Source of the DNA: Octopus vulgaris
Lineage: Eukaryota
NCBI GenBank assembly: GCA_951406725.2
Contig: OX597827.1
Coordinates: forward strand, 71,610,001 to 71,674,000
Direction: 5' to 3'
DNA: 64,000 nucleotides
The position numbers were made by a program, and so were the translations under genes. Shown here piece by piece: positions 25,852-38,417 of the stretch; the first letter of the stretch is position 1, and every line of letters begins with the position of its first letter. The notes under the pieces were generated by a model. The model saw only the letters and a list, made by a program, of their open reading frames with translations. It had not been told where the DNA came from and searched no databases.

Positions 25852-25905
25852 CGGTTCAACGAGCAAGAAATGGAACTTCCTTTTATGCACTTTCGTATCT
25901 TCACT
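25852..25905 (-). CDS. iGluR ATD short exon C (54 bp, phase 0-0)
   Basis: Acceptor tttattttcag|AGT and donor CCG|gtaaat. Encodes SEDTKVHKRKFHFLLVEP, supplying the expected YH(Y/F)xL-type motif just before the next exon's Gly. Absent from the ORF track. Confidence 0.85.
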
Positions 25906-25978
25906 CTGAAAATAAAAATAAATAAATCAGTCAATATATAATGTTTATTGGAATCAAAAGCAAGTTATAATATACGCA

Positions 25979-26026
<48 letters not shown>

Positions 26027-26510
26027 GATATCTGAAAAGTCTATTTGGACGTCCCCGCTTCCCTTAAAACCGTTTCCTTTGTGTGGGCGCTATTCATTAA
26101 TAGGATGCTCAAACAGGTTAAATAATTAACAACTGCACAAGGCACATCTGCTAAATACTAGATTAAATATTTCAATACATCAAGTGATATCCTTTAGTTT
26201 CCAGGCGGTTTCGTATGAATTAGAACAGATGGACACATTAGTATAATTGTACGTAAAATATCCAAGAAGTCAAGGAGATAGACAAAGAACATGTTTCTAC
26301 TTCAGTATAGAAGGTACTAAAATTATCAAGAAGACTCTACATGCCACGGATTTTTTGTCTCTATGGGGTCAGTTTTAATTTATAGACTAGTTTATCGAAT
26401 CCCTTTATATCTAAGGCTGAAAGAACAGAGGGCAGTATCTGTTAGGGGTAGGGCTGAGGTAGTAGACAGACATTCTAGTTGGTATACTCATAAAAATCAA
26501 GATTTATTAT

Positions 26511-26744
26511 ATTTCTTTATTGCCCACAAGGGGCTAAACACAGAGAGGACAAATAAGGACAGAAACACAGATTAAGTCGATTATATCGACCCTAGTGCGT
26601 AACTGGTACTTATTTAATCGACCCCGAAAGAATGAAAGGTAAAGTCGACCTTGGCGGAATTTGAACTCAGAACGTAACGGCAGACGAAATACGGCTACGC
26701 ATTTCGCTCGGCGTGTGCTAACGTTTCTGCCAGCTCGCCGCCTT
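26511..26744 (-). mobile_element. SINE family B monomer
   Basis: Full reverse-complement copy, flanked by the 22-bp direct repeat ataaaaatcaagatttattata (26490-26511 and 26770-26791). Confidence 0.9.
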
Positions 26745-27288
26745 CCAAAAATTCTCAATGTCAGAAGTGATAAAAATCAAGATTTATTATAAGTAATATC
26801 ATGAGGTTTAGTAGGCGAAAACTTAAAACAAGATGTTAGGAGATAATTAAGGGGGTCGCCCACTAGCATACTGTTGATAATGAAACGGGGGAAGTCTTAT
26901 CATATGGTACTATAGTAAATATTTTAAACAATGTTGCTATGTATACAGTTAAAGTTTAGTGTTATTCAAAAGATTATTAAGAAGAATATTATAACAAAAA
27001 GATAGAAATTTATGAATACTTTTGAGTATATACTAAACATCTTACCACAATAGAGGGAAGAAAATAAATTATCCAGAAATAGTTTAATATTTATACATAT
27101 TGTATACTTAAATACTAACTCATCAGATGGTCTCTGTGAATATTGGTTTATTGGTATGTACTGGTATTAATAAAGGAGTATTGGGGTTAATAAAATTTTA
27201 ATCTAAGCAGTATTTTTTATAAGTAGTGAATATACCAGTATAGTTTTATATAAGCTGCATTACCTCTGGATATCCTTGTTGCTTATTT

Positions 27289-27362
<74 letters not shown>

Positions 27363-27461
27363 CAAGTGGAAAGATAGATTTTTTTCAACACATAAATACT
27401 GAACAGTATATATAAAGAATAAAATCCTTTTAAGACCAGAAAAATTTGTCGGCACACACAC

Positions 27462-27625
27462 ATACGACAGGCTTCTTTCAGTTTCCGTAGTTTCCGTCTA
27501 TCAAGCCACTCACAAGGCTTTGGTCAGCTCGAGGCTACTACGGTAAAAGACAGTTGCCTAAGATGTCACGAAGTGGGACTGAACCCGGAACCATGTTTTT
27601 GAGAAGCAAACTCCTTACCACGCAG
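27462..27625 (-). mobile_element. SINE family A, 5' half
   Basis: atacgacaggcttctttcagtttccgt...gggactgaacccggaaccatg...cttaccac. Confidence 0.8.
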
Positions 27626-27989
27626 TCAAGCTTTTATAGGAAGAATTAACAAATGACAAAAATACGTAGGCCTAACAATTTAGATGAAACGGCTAATGTA
27701 AAGATACGTACATAAAGGAAGCCCGAACAACTTAAGTGGTCATGTAGGACATAACATATATTGTTACCGGGCTTAGGGAATTATAAGTAAAGGACATCCT
27801 TTTGAAGATAATGGACAGAAAACAGGATTAATACAGGCTGGGAAATTGGAAAACACAATAATACAAATATATACATGCAATGCAGAAGGGCAGTTAGCTG
27901 TTATGGGAAGAATTTAAAACAACGCAGCGTATATAGAGCAGGATCTGAAGCTTCCGTATTTGGTAGTGAGGAACGTAACGCTGAAGGAG

Positions 27990-29130
27990 ATACATACATA
28001 CATACATACATACATACATACATGAATACATGCATACATGAATACATGCATACATATTTACATACATACATACATACATACATGAATACATGCATACATA
28101 CACACATACATACATACATACACACATACATACATGAATACATACATACATACATACATGAATACATGCATACATACATACATAATATATACATACATAC
28201 ATACATACATACATACATACATGAATACATACATACATACATACATGAATACATACATACATACATACATGAATACATGCATACATACATACATAATATA
28301 TACATACATACATACATACATACATACATACATGAATACATACATACATACATACATGCATACATATTTACATACATACATACATACATACATGAATACA
28401 TGCATACATACACACATACATACATACATACACACATACATACATGAATACATACATACATACATACATGAATACATGCACACATACATACATACATACA
28501 TATATACATACATACATACACACATACACACATACACACATACATATATACATACATACATACATACATACATACATGAATACATGCACACATACATACA
28601 TACATACATACATACATGAATACATGCATACATATATACATACATACATATTTACATACATACATACATACATTAATACATACATACATACATACATACA
28701 TGAATACATGCATACATACATGAATACATACATACATACATACATGAATACATAGATACCGACACACACATACGAACGTACATATATACATATATTTGTA
28801 CGGAAATTACTTAGAGAAACGAAGTAATGGTAGGTCAGAGGATGGAATTTTTTTTGAGTGATGAAAGCCGCCAGTCAGCGAATAGTTTTAGAAAAGAAAA
28901 CGTGTGCATGGTTTAGAAAACGATGAAAAATATTATTTATAATTAGGATTGGAAGACTTTAAAGGCTGTTCATTATTTTAAAATGCATTCACAGATTTGA
29001 AGTTAATAAATATAGAAGATAATTTGGCGGTACATATCGATATGTGCGTGTGCGTGTATGTATGTATGTATGTATGTATGTATGTATGTATGTATGTATG
29101 TATGTATGTATGTATGTATGTATGTATGTA

Positions 29131-29163
<33 letters not shown>

Positions 29164-29212
29164 ATGTATGTATGTATGTATGTGTGTGTGTATGTATGTG
29201 TGTGTGTATGTA

Positions 29213-29243
<31 letters not shown>

Positions 29244-29248
29244 ATGTA

Positions 29249-29279
<31 letters not shown>

Positions 29280-29520
29280 GTGTGCATGTATGTATGTGTG
29301 TATGTGTGTGTGTATGTATGTATGTATGTGTGTGTGTGTGTATGTATGTACGTATGTATGTATGTATGTATGTATGTGTCTCTGTGTGTGTGTGTATGTA
29401 TGTATGTATGTAAGTATGTATGTATGTATGTATGTATGTATGTATGTATGTATGTATGTGTGCATGTGTGTGTGTGTATGTATGTATGTATGTATGTATG
29501 TATGTATGTATGTATGTATA
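27990..29520. repeat. Two oppositely oriented tetranucleotide arrays: (CATA)n with CATGAATA variants (27990-28790) and (TATG)n (29045-29520)
   Basis: Directly visible. Confidence 0.92.
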
Positions 29521-29936
29521 GAAGAGGGTTAACATTCTTTTTTTATTACAGAGAGAGTGTTTGAAAAATTCGTTACAAACCAGGAAGAGTTGTGCGTGGT
29601 TGACAGACAAGAAGAAAATGAGGAAAAAAAAATCAGCGGAGTAGAAAAAAAGGTAAGTAGAGTGTGTGGAATCGAGTTCTATGGATAAAAAACAATAAAT
29701 TGAAAGTAAATAACTCAGAAGCAAAGAGAAAAAGGAGAATTAAAGAAACTTTAATAGGAAATTTCTTTGCAGATAGAAATAGAATTTTAACAAAAAAATG
29801 AAAGTGTGCGAAAATTATTTTCGAGACTTGATGAATTGTGACTAGAAAAGCATAAACGAGACTGTTTGAAAATGACTAGAAATAAATTAGGTACAGGGTG
29901 CTAATGTTTGAGAAACACTATTGTGAGAGCTATTCG

Positions 29937-31720
29937 GTATTATGAGGATGGAAGTCGGCGAGCTGGCAGAAACGTTAGCACAAGCCGGGCGAAATGCTCA
30001 ACATGGCGATTGTGCAACCTAAGGTTTAAGGTCCAATAGGTTTTGCACAATGCCTCACAGACCCTCTCTACACTACCGACATGAGCCAGAGACAAGCCAG
30101 GGAAGGATATCTAGTGCCAATATGGCTTAGGAATGTGGGAACCCATGGAAAACGAACCTCCACCAACTATTCTGCTTATATGTCTGCGCACACCTTTCAA
30201 AGCAATGTATGCCAGAAGGCGGCGAGCTGGCAGAAACGTTAGCACGCCGGGCAAAATGCGTAGCCGTATTTCTTCTGCTGCTACGTTCTGAGTTCAAATT
30301 CCGCCGAGGTAGATTTTGCCTTTCATCATTTCGGGGTCGATTAAATAAGTACCAGTTACGCACTGGGGTCGATATAATCGACTTAATCCGTTTGTCTGTC
30401 CTTGTTCGTCCCCTCTGTGTTTAGCCCCTTGTGGGTAATAAAGAAATAGGTATTATGAGGATGGAAGTCGGCGAGCTGGCAGAAACGTTAGCACGCCGGG
30501 CGAAATGCTCAGCAGTATTTCGTCTGCCGCTACGTTCTGAGTTCAAATTCCGCCGAGGTAGACTTTGCCTTTCATCATTTCGGGATCGATTAAATAGGTA
30601 CCAGTTACGCACTGGGCTCGATATAATCGACTTAATCCGTTTGTCTGTCCTTGTTCGTCCCCTCTGTGTCTAGCCCCTTGTGGGTAGTAAAGAAATAGGT
30701 ATTTCGTCTGCCGTTACGTTCTAAGTTCAAATTCCGCCGAGGTAGACTTTGCCTTTCATAATTTCGGGGTCGATTAAACAAGTACCAGTTACGCACTGGG
30801 GTCGATGTAATCGACTTAATCCGTTTGTCAGTCCTTGTTTGTCCCCTCAGTGTCTATCCCCTTGTCTGGGTAGTAAAGAAATAGGTATTATCAGGATGGC
30901 AAGCTGAGCAGAATCGTTAGCGCGTCAGACAAAAAGCTTAGCAGCATTTCGTCCGTTTTTACGTTCTCAGTTCAAATTCCGCCGAGGTCGTCTTTACCTT
31001 TCATCCTTTCAAGGTCAATAGGATAAATATCAGTTGAGCACTGCTTCTTGGCCTTGTTCCAACATATGAAACCAGCGCGAAAGACAGCGCGAAAGCGGTG
31101 AGCTGGCAGAAACGTTAGCACGCCGGGTAAAATTGCTTAGCGGCATTTCATCTATCTGCACGTTCTGAGTTCAAATTCCGCCGAAGTCGACTTCGCCTTT
31201 TATCCTTTTAGTGTCGATAAAATAAGTACCAGTGAAACACTGGGGTCGATATAATCGACTCATCCCCTCTCCCCAAAGTTGTTACTGTAGTGGCAAAATT
31301 TGAAACCATTATTAAAAGACCAGAGCTAGCCAGAATCGTTAGCATGCCGGACAAAATGTTTGGTGGCATTTCGTCCGTCTTTACGTTCCGAGTTCAAATT
31401 CCGTCGAGGTCGACTTCACCTTTTATCCTTTTAGTGTCGATAAAATAAATACCAGTGAAACACTGGGGTCGATATAATCGACTCATCCTCTCCCCCAAAG
31501 TTGTTACTGTAGTGGCAAAATTTGAAACCATTATTAAAAGACCAGAGCTAACCACAATCGTTAGCATGCCGGACAAAATGTTTGGTGGCATTTCGTCCGT
31601 CTTTACGTTCCGAGTTCAAATTTCGTCGAGGTCGACTTTACCTTTTTCCTTTTCGGGGTCAATAAAATAAGTACCAGCTGAGCACTGCGATTGATGTAAT
31701 AGTCATACCCCAATCCCTGA
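29937..31720 (+). mobile_element. Head-to-tail cluster of about eight SINE family B units (complete, head-less and subfamily variants)
   Basis: Repeated gagct..cagaa.cgttagc heads and gttcaaattccgccgaggt.gact bodies, starting at ~29955, 30217, 30467, 30699, 30898, 31093, 31322 and 31545. The last three are a ~225-bp tandem duplication. Confidence 0.9.
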
Positions 31721-31799
31721 GCTTGCTGGCCTGGGACCAAAACCTGTACAGAAGGACGACAAAGGAACACACAGAAAATTCACACACAAGACGTGCACA

Positions 31800-32247
31800 T
31801 GCTCTTGCATACAAACATATACACAAATGTATATACATGCACGCATACATACATACATACATACATACATACATACATACATACATACATACATACATAC
31901 ACATACATACACACATACATACATACATACACACATACATACATACATACACACACACATCCATACATACAGACATACATACATGCATACATACATATAT
32001 ACATACACACATACATACATACACATACATACATACAAACATACATACATACATACATACATACATACATACATGCATACATACATACATACATACACAC
32101 ACATACATACACACATACATACATATATACACACACATACATACATACATACACACACATACATACATACATACATACATACATACATACATACATACAT
32201 ACATACATACATACATACATACAGACATTCCTTAGAATTTTGTAAAT

Positions 32248-32281
<34 letters not shown>

Positions 32282-32725
32282 TGATGAATATGATGACGAT
32301 GATGATAATAATGATAATAATGATGATGATGATGATGATGATGATAACAATAATAATAATGATAATAATGATAATTTATGCTATTTTCTACGTCACTACA
32401 TACTTTGTTCCATGGTTCTTCCTAAAAAAAGTATTTTTAAATAAGATTACACGAAATTGTTAGTGTTAACACGTTTTTGTTCATTTTTATACGCACACAC
32501 ACACGCACAGACACACAGACACTACACACTACACACTACACACACACGCGCACTCTCTTTCTCTCTGTTCCTCCTTCCCTCTCGCCCCCCTCTCTCTCTC
32601 TTTCCCTCCATGTACACATATATAAACACGAGCAAAGAAACATTCAGTTGTAAAGTATCCTCACACACACACAAACATAAAATACACACACACACATATA
32701 TACATATTTATATATCTGCATACAC

Positions 32726-32776
<51 letters not shown>

Positions 32777-32816
32777 TATATTATCATATATATATATATA
32801 TATATGTCTAAGTATA

Positions 32817-32888
<72 letters not shown>

Positions 32889-32889
32889 T

Positions 32890-32957
<68 letters not shown>

Positions 32958-33090
32958 GCATATACACATATATATATATATGCATATACATATATATAAA
33001 TATATATTCATATGGATATATATAAATGCATATACATATACATATATATGTATATGAATATATGTATCTGCATATATATTATACATTATT

Positions 33091-33133
<43 letters not shown>

Positions 33134-33207
33134 CATACATACGTATATATACACTATCTATCTATCTATATATCTATCTATCTATATATCTACCTCTCTC
33201 TCTCTCT

Positions 33208-33280
<73 letters not shown>
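31800..33280. repeat. (CATA)n, (AAT/GAT)n, (CA)n and (TA)n microsatellite cluster
   Basis: Directly visible. Confidence 0.9.
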
Positions 33281-33710
33281 CTGTGATGCCGTCCGTTTTT
33301 TACTCATATTTAAGCTGCCATCTTTGTATATTTAGATGTTTGGTTATTTTAATTCATTTTCACATATATTTATGCTTTAATCTATGTATTTATGTATTTA
33401 TGTGTATATGTATGTATGTGTGTATAGGTGTGTGTGTATGTGTGTGTGTATAGTTGTATATATATATACATATATGTATCCATGTATGAAAATATGTGCG
33501 CGCGTTTGTGTCTTTGTGCATTCATGTGTCTACGTATTTAAGAACAGACACACACACACATGCATGCCTATATATATACGTGTGTATGAGCGTATAAGCA
33601 CTTTTACATCGGTAAACATGTAAATAAAATAATATATATTTTGATAAAAGTTCAAATGGAAATATAAATATGGCAGTCATACTAGTACATGCAGACAAAC
33701 AGAAATATGC

Positions 33711-34006
33711 ATTAAGTTGTCAAGAAAGTTCTTGCGGTTTTTAACCTTTAAATTCAGATGCAAATATCTCGGCTCAAACAAAACTTTATAATTGGAATAA
33801 ACACCACCAGAATCAGCACACTTTTGTAAACGTGAAACAAGTTTATTTATGCCAGTAGCATAAAAATCCTGTGTTCTGGTGGCGATGAAGTCGTTGAAGG
33901 CGTGTGGTTGTCGGTAGGCGAGAGGTCTGGTGAGTATGGCAGATGAGGCAGAGTTTCGTAGCCCATTTCGTTCAACTTCTGCAAGAACTTTCTTGACAAC
34001 CTAATA
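33711..34006 (-). mobile_element. Internally deleted mariner transposon
   Basis: TIRs attaagttgtcaagaaagttcttgc / gcaagaactttcttgacaacctaat. The minus strand encodes the transposase C-terminus QKLNEMGYETLPHLPYSPDLSPTDNH and, after a frameshift/deletion, AFNDFIATRTQDFYATGINKLVSRLQKCADSGGVY (mariner YSPDL(A/S)PxD motif). Confidence 0.92.
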
Positions 34007-34008
34007 TA

Positions 34009-34231
34009 TATATTCTATTGTGTCTGGGGAGAGTCATTTTCTTTTTGTGTGCCTTATAATCTAACACACTCACCGGTAAAATTTCCACTTATTTCTTATT
34101 TTTAATTTTTTCTATCTTTATAAAATTGAAAATAAAAATAAAAGTAAGAAATAACTGGAAATTTTACCGGTGAGTGTGTTAGATTATAAGGCACAAAAAG
34201 AAAATGACTCTCCCCAGACACAACAGAATAT
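34009..34231. mobile_element. Palindromic MITE-like element (~90-bp arms) abutting the mariner end
   Basis: atattctattgtgtctggggagagtcattttc...caccggtaaaatttcca / tggaaattttaccggtg...gaaaatgactctccccagacacaacagaatat. Confidence 0.85.
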
Positions 34232-34271
34232 GCTTCAACACACGAACTCACATAAAGAATCTTGCAACACA

Positions 34272-34795
34272 AGCTGGCAGAAACGTTAGCACGCCGGGCG
34301 AAATGCGTAGCCGTATTTCGTCTGCCGTTACGTTCTGAGTTCAAATTCCGCCGAGGTCGACTTTGCTTTTCATCCTTTCGGGGTCGATTGAATAAGTACC
34401 AGTTACGCTCTAGGGTCAATGTAATCGACTTAATCCGTTTGTCTGTCCTTGTTTGTCCTCTCTGTGTTTAGCACCTTGTGGTTAGTAAAGAAATTGGGAT
34501 TCCGTCTGATGTTACGTTCTGAGTTCAAATTCTACCGATGTCGACTTTGCCTTTCATCCTTTCGGGGTCGATTAAATAAGTACCAGTAACGCAATGGGGG
34601 CGATATAATCGACTTAATCCGTTTGTCTGTCCTTGTTTGTCCCCTCTATGTTTAGCCCCTTGCGGGTAGTAAAGAAATTGGGATTTCGTCTGCTGTTACT
34701 TTCTGAGTTCAAATTCCACCGAGGTCGACTTTGCCTTTCATCTGTCCTTGTTTGTCCTCTCTATGTTTTATCCCCTTGTGGGCAAGAAAGAAATA
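34272..34795 (+). mobile_element. SINE family B trimer (one head, three bodies, the last internally deleted)
   Basis: Bodies are joined by gtaaagaaattgggatt(c/t)cgtctg junctions at ~34490 and ~34675. Confidence 0.9.
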
Positions 34796-35157
34796 TATTT
34801 GTATTCTATATTTCTATATTCTATATTTCTAATAAATCTATATTTCTTATTTACTTATATAGTTACCGTTGTGATACTGCTTATAACTGAATACATATTC
34901 TTTTAGCAGTTTCGGTTCATATTTCTCTAAGTATTTACCATCTTATTCAAGTCTCTGTGTTTCTAGCCTGTCTTTTCAATATACGTAGGATATAGAAATG
35001 TATAGTTGTATATTGTTGTTTGTCTGTAAAGATGGGGAATTATGAACGTTTGGAAGGTTTTGTCTACAAAAAACTCTTGCTTTATATTTTATATATATCT
35101 ATGCAGGTGCACACATAAAAAATAATAGCTCGTATGCACCCACAGGCACCTGTATAC

Positions 35158-35200
<43 letters not shown>

Positions 35201-35543
35201 GATAGATAGATAGATAGATACATAAATATATACATACATACGTACATACATCATCTATATATGCATATATAGTTGGAATTTACAGAAAAACAAAATACGA
35301 AGATAGGTGTAAAAACAATAAACAGGTGTATTAGCCTGACGCTCGGGAAGGTGAGAAAGTCTTTTTACATTTCGAGCCTATGCTCTTCAACAGAAAGGAA
35401 CACAGAGAAATAAACAGAGAGAGAAAAAAAAAAAGCCTTAGGGGCCAGCGGTCAATCATGGCGGCTGGCTGGACACGTAAGTACGTACATAAATACATAC
35501 ACACAAACAATTATGCATATATATACATATGTGTATGCATATG

Positions 35544-35587
<44 letters not shown>

Positions 35588-35689
35588 TACACATTTATGC
35601 ACGCTTATGTATATGTATATATATGTATACACACACATATATTTGTATCTTGTGTACTAGCTAATGTAACAACGCGTGTAGCTCTATGA

Positions 35690-36355
35690 ATACAGATCGT
35701 CTGTCGTTGTCGACGATGATTAAGAACATCACACGGAAGAAGAAGACGGATCACGGTGTGTTTAGCTGTGGTCATTCAGTGTGATGCATGCTGGGATGGC
35801 TCTGCTGAAGGTCGTGCATTGGTCTTCTGCTGGGACTGGCGGTAAAAAAAGTTGGCTGTGGACTTGAGCAGTTCGCATTTTCTTTTTGCCCCTGAAGTCC
35901 TGTCTTGTTCGTAGCAGGTGACACCTCTGTTGGTGTAGCTTCGCCATGTGGGATGATATTGTGTTTCCGTTTCCCATGTATCTGTGTGTGTCTGTGTGTG
36001 TGGTGTGTGTGCGTGAGTGCGTGTGTATATGTGTGTGTATGTGTGTGCTTGTGATTGCGTGTGTATATGTGTGTGTCTGTGTGTGTGGTGTGTGTGCGTG
36101 AGTGCGTGTGTATATGTGTGCTTGTGAGTGCGTGTGTATATGTGTGTGTGAGTCTGTGTGTGTGGTGTGTGTGCGTGAGTGCGTGTGTATATGTGTGTGT
36201 CTGGGTGCGTGGTGTGGGGTGTGTGCGTGTGTATATGTGTGTGTCTGTGTGTGTGGTGTGCGTGCGTGAGTGCGTGTGTATATGTGTGTGTATGTGTGTG
36301 CTTGTGAGTGCGTGTGTATATGTGTGTGTCTGTGTGTGTGTGTGCGTGTGCATGC

Positions 36356-36386
<31 letters not shown>

Positions 36387-36598
36387 GTGTGGTGTGTGTG
36401 TGTGTGCGTGTGTATATGTGTGTGTATGTGTGTGCTTGTGAGTGCGTGTGTATGTGTGTGTGTCTGTGTGTGTGTGTGTGTGTGAGTGCGTGTGTATATG
36501 TGTGTGTATGTGTGTGCTTGTGTGTGCGTGTATGTGTGTGTGTCTGTGTGTGTGGTGTATGTGCGTGCGTATATGTGCGTGTATGTGTGTGCCTGTGA

Positions 36599-36636
<38 letters not shown>

Positions 36637-37450
36637 TGCGTGAGTGCGTATGTGTGTGTCTATGTGTGTGTCTGTGTGTGTGCTGCTTGTGACTGCGTGT
36701 GTATATGTGTGTGTCTGTGTGTGCGGTGTGGTGTGTGTGCGTGTGTATATGTGCGTATGTGTGTGCTTGTGAGTGCGTGTGTATATGTGTGTGTCTCTGT
36801 GTGTGGTGTGTGTGCGTGCTTATATGTGTGTGTATGTGTGTGCTTGTGAGTGCGTGTGTATATGTGTGTGTCTGTGGTGTGGTGTGTGTGCGTATGTATA
36901 TGTGTATGTATGTGTGTGCTTGTGAGTGCGTGTGTATATGTGTGTGGCTGTGTGTGTGTGGCGTGGTCTGTGTACGTGTGTATATGTGTGTGTATGTGTG
37001 TGCTTGTGAGTGCGTGTGTATATGTGTGTGTCTGTGTGTGTGGTGTGTGTGCGTGAGTGCGTGTGTATATGTTTGTCTGTGTGTGTGTGGCGTGGTGTGT
37101 GTGCGTGTGTATATGTGTGTGTATATGTGTGCTTGTGAGTGCGTGTGTATATGTGTGCGTCTGTGTGTGTTGTGTGGTGTGTGTGTGTGAGTGCGTGTGT
37201 ATATGTGTTTTTATGTGTGTGTGTGTGTGTTTTTATGTATGTGTGTCTGTGTGTGTCTGTGAGGATATATCCTTGAAACGCCTTTTTTGTCCACCATGGA
37301 CAAGCTTCCTTTCCGCCAGTTCGCAGTAAAACAGTCTCTCGGGGAGCCGCGTGTCAGGCATTCGAACAAAGTGGCTTGCCCACCTGACAGGCGCTCTCCT
37401 CAGCTATCTGTAGATGCTTGGCAGATCAGCTCAAGGTGGGGGGGACCCCC
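35690..37450 (-). mobile_element. RTE-clade LINE 3' end split by a GT-rich minisatellite
   Basis: 37430-37262 encodes ADLPSIY..LRRAPVRWASHFVRMPDTRLPERLFYCELAERKLVHGGQKRRFKDI. After the satellite, 35980-35850 continues TWETETQYHPTWRSYTNRGVTCYEQDRTSGAKRKCELLKSTA. Confidence 0.85.
35982..37260. repeat. ~1.3-kb complex GT-rich minisatellite
   Basis: Recurring modules gcttgtgagtgcgtgtgtatatgtgtgtgtctgtgtgtgtggtgtgtgtgc. Confidence 0.9.
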
Positions 37451-38382
37451 GCGTCTGAGATCTCGTTTTGCCGAGTCATTTTTTTCAACAGCTTATACAT
37501 AAATATTTATGCAACAGCAATAACTGAAGAAACATCGCCAACAGCTCCATAATGCTGTTTCTAGTTCCATTCGGTGTTACAAGGAAGCTGAGCTCAAGTA
37601 CCAATCAAGTACTGAAGTCTATTTAGTATTCCTATAAAGCATCCTCGATGTGAATGGAATTATAATAATAAGACCAAGAAAGGAACAAATCAAACTAGTC
37701 TGCGTAAACCAGTGGAATAGTAAAATATCGGAATAATAGAACAGCAGAATAACAGTGGTAGATTATTGGAAAAATATCGGAGTCTTAAAGCATGAAAATA
37801 TTGATTTCTATCATTGCCATAGAATCACAAATTCGTTGGAAAGGACAAAAAGAAAAAGAAAGGAAAAAATGTCTATAAGTTCGACCCCAGTATTTAGCTG
37901 GTACTTCATCATTGAAATTAGATTGAAATTGGAAAGATGAAAGGCAAAGTTGATTATGGCAGGTTTCGAACTCAGAAGAATTTAAAGAAACGTCCCTCGT
38001 CAACCAAATTTAGTTTTTATTTTTAAGTGGTGTTGAATGCTAGATGAAAACAGATTCAAAGTACTTTACGGTTAAAAAGAACAACTAAATCGCTTTGATT
38101 CCCGGCCACTTCGTTATGGGGTCGGTCCCACTGTGTGGCACCTTGAGCAAATGTCTTCTAGTATAGACCCGGGGTGATCAAAGATTTGTGAGCGGATTTA
38201 GTTGACGGAAACTGAAAGAAGCCCATTGTGTGCATGTATATGTATACGCACACACACACACACACACACGAAGAGAGTAGGCTTGAAACGTCAAAGACTT
38301 TTCCATTCTTCCTGAGCGTTAAACTAATACACCTGCTTGTTCCTCCTTCACCTGGCATCGTCTTTTGTTCTATGTAAATTTA

Positions 38383-38417
<35 letters not shown>

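Noticed and set aside
26260-29930. Possible Penelope-like relics (weak CxCR...VY.A similarity at ~27875-27940; AT-rich repeat at 26800-27290)
   Set aside because: Similarity is too weak and fragmented to call without a profile search.
29937-31720. CRISPR-like or retrozyme-like tandem array
   Set aside because: The units are ~190-230-bp SINE bodies with no unique spacers and no hammerhead core on either strand, in a eukaryotic intron.
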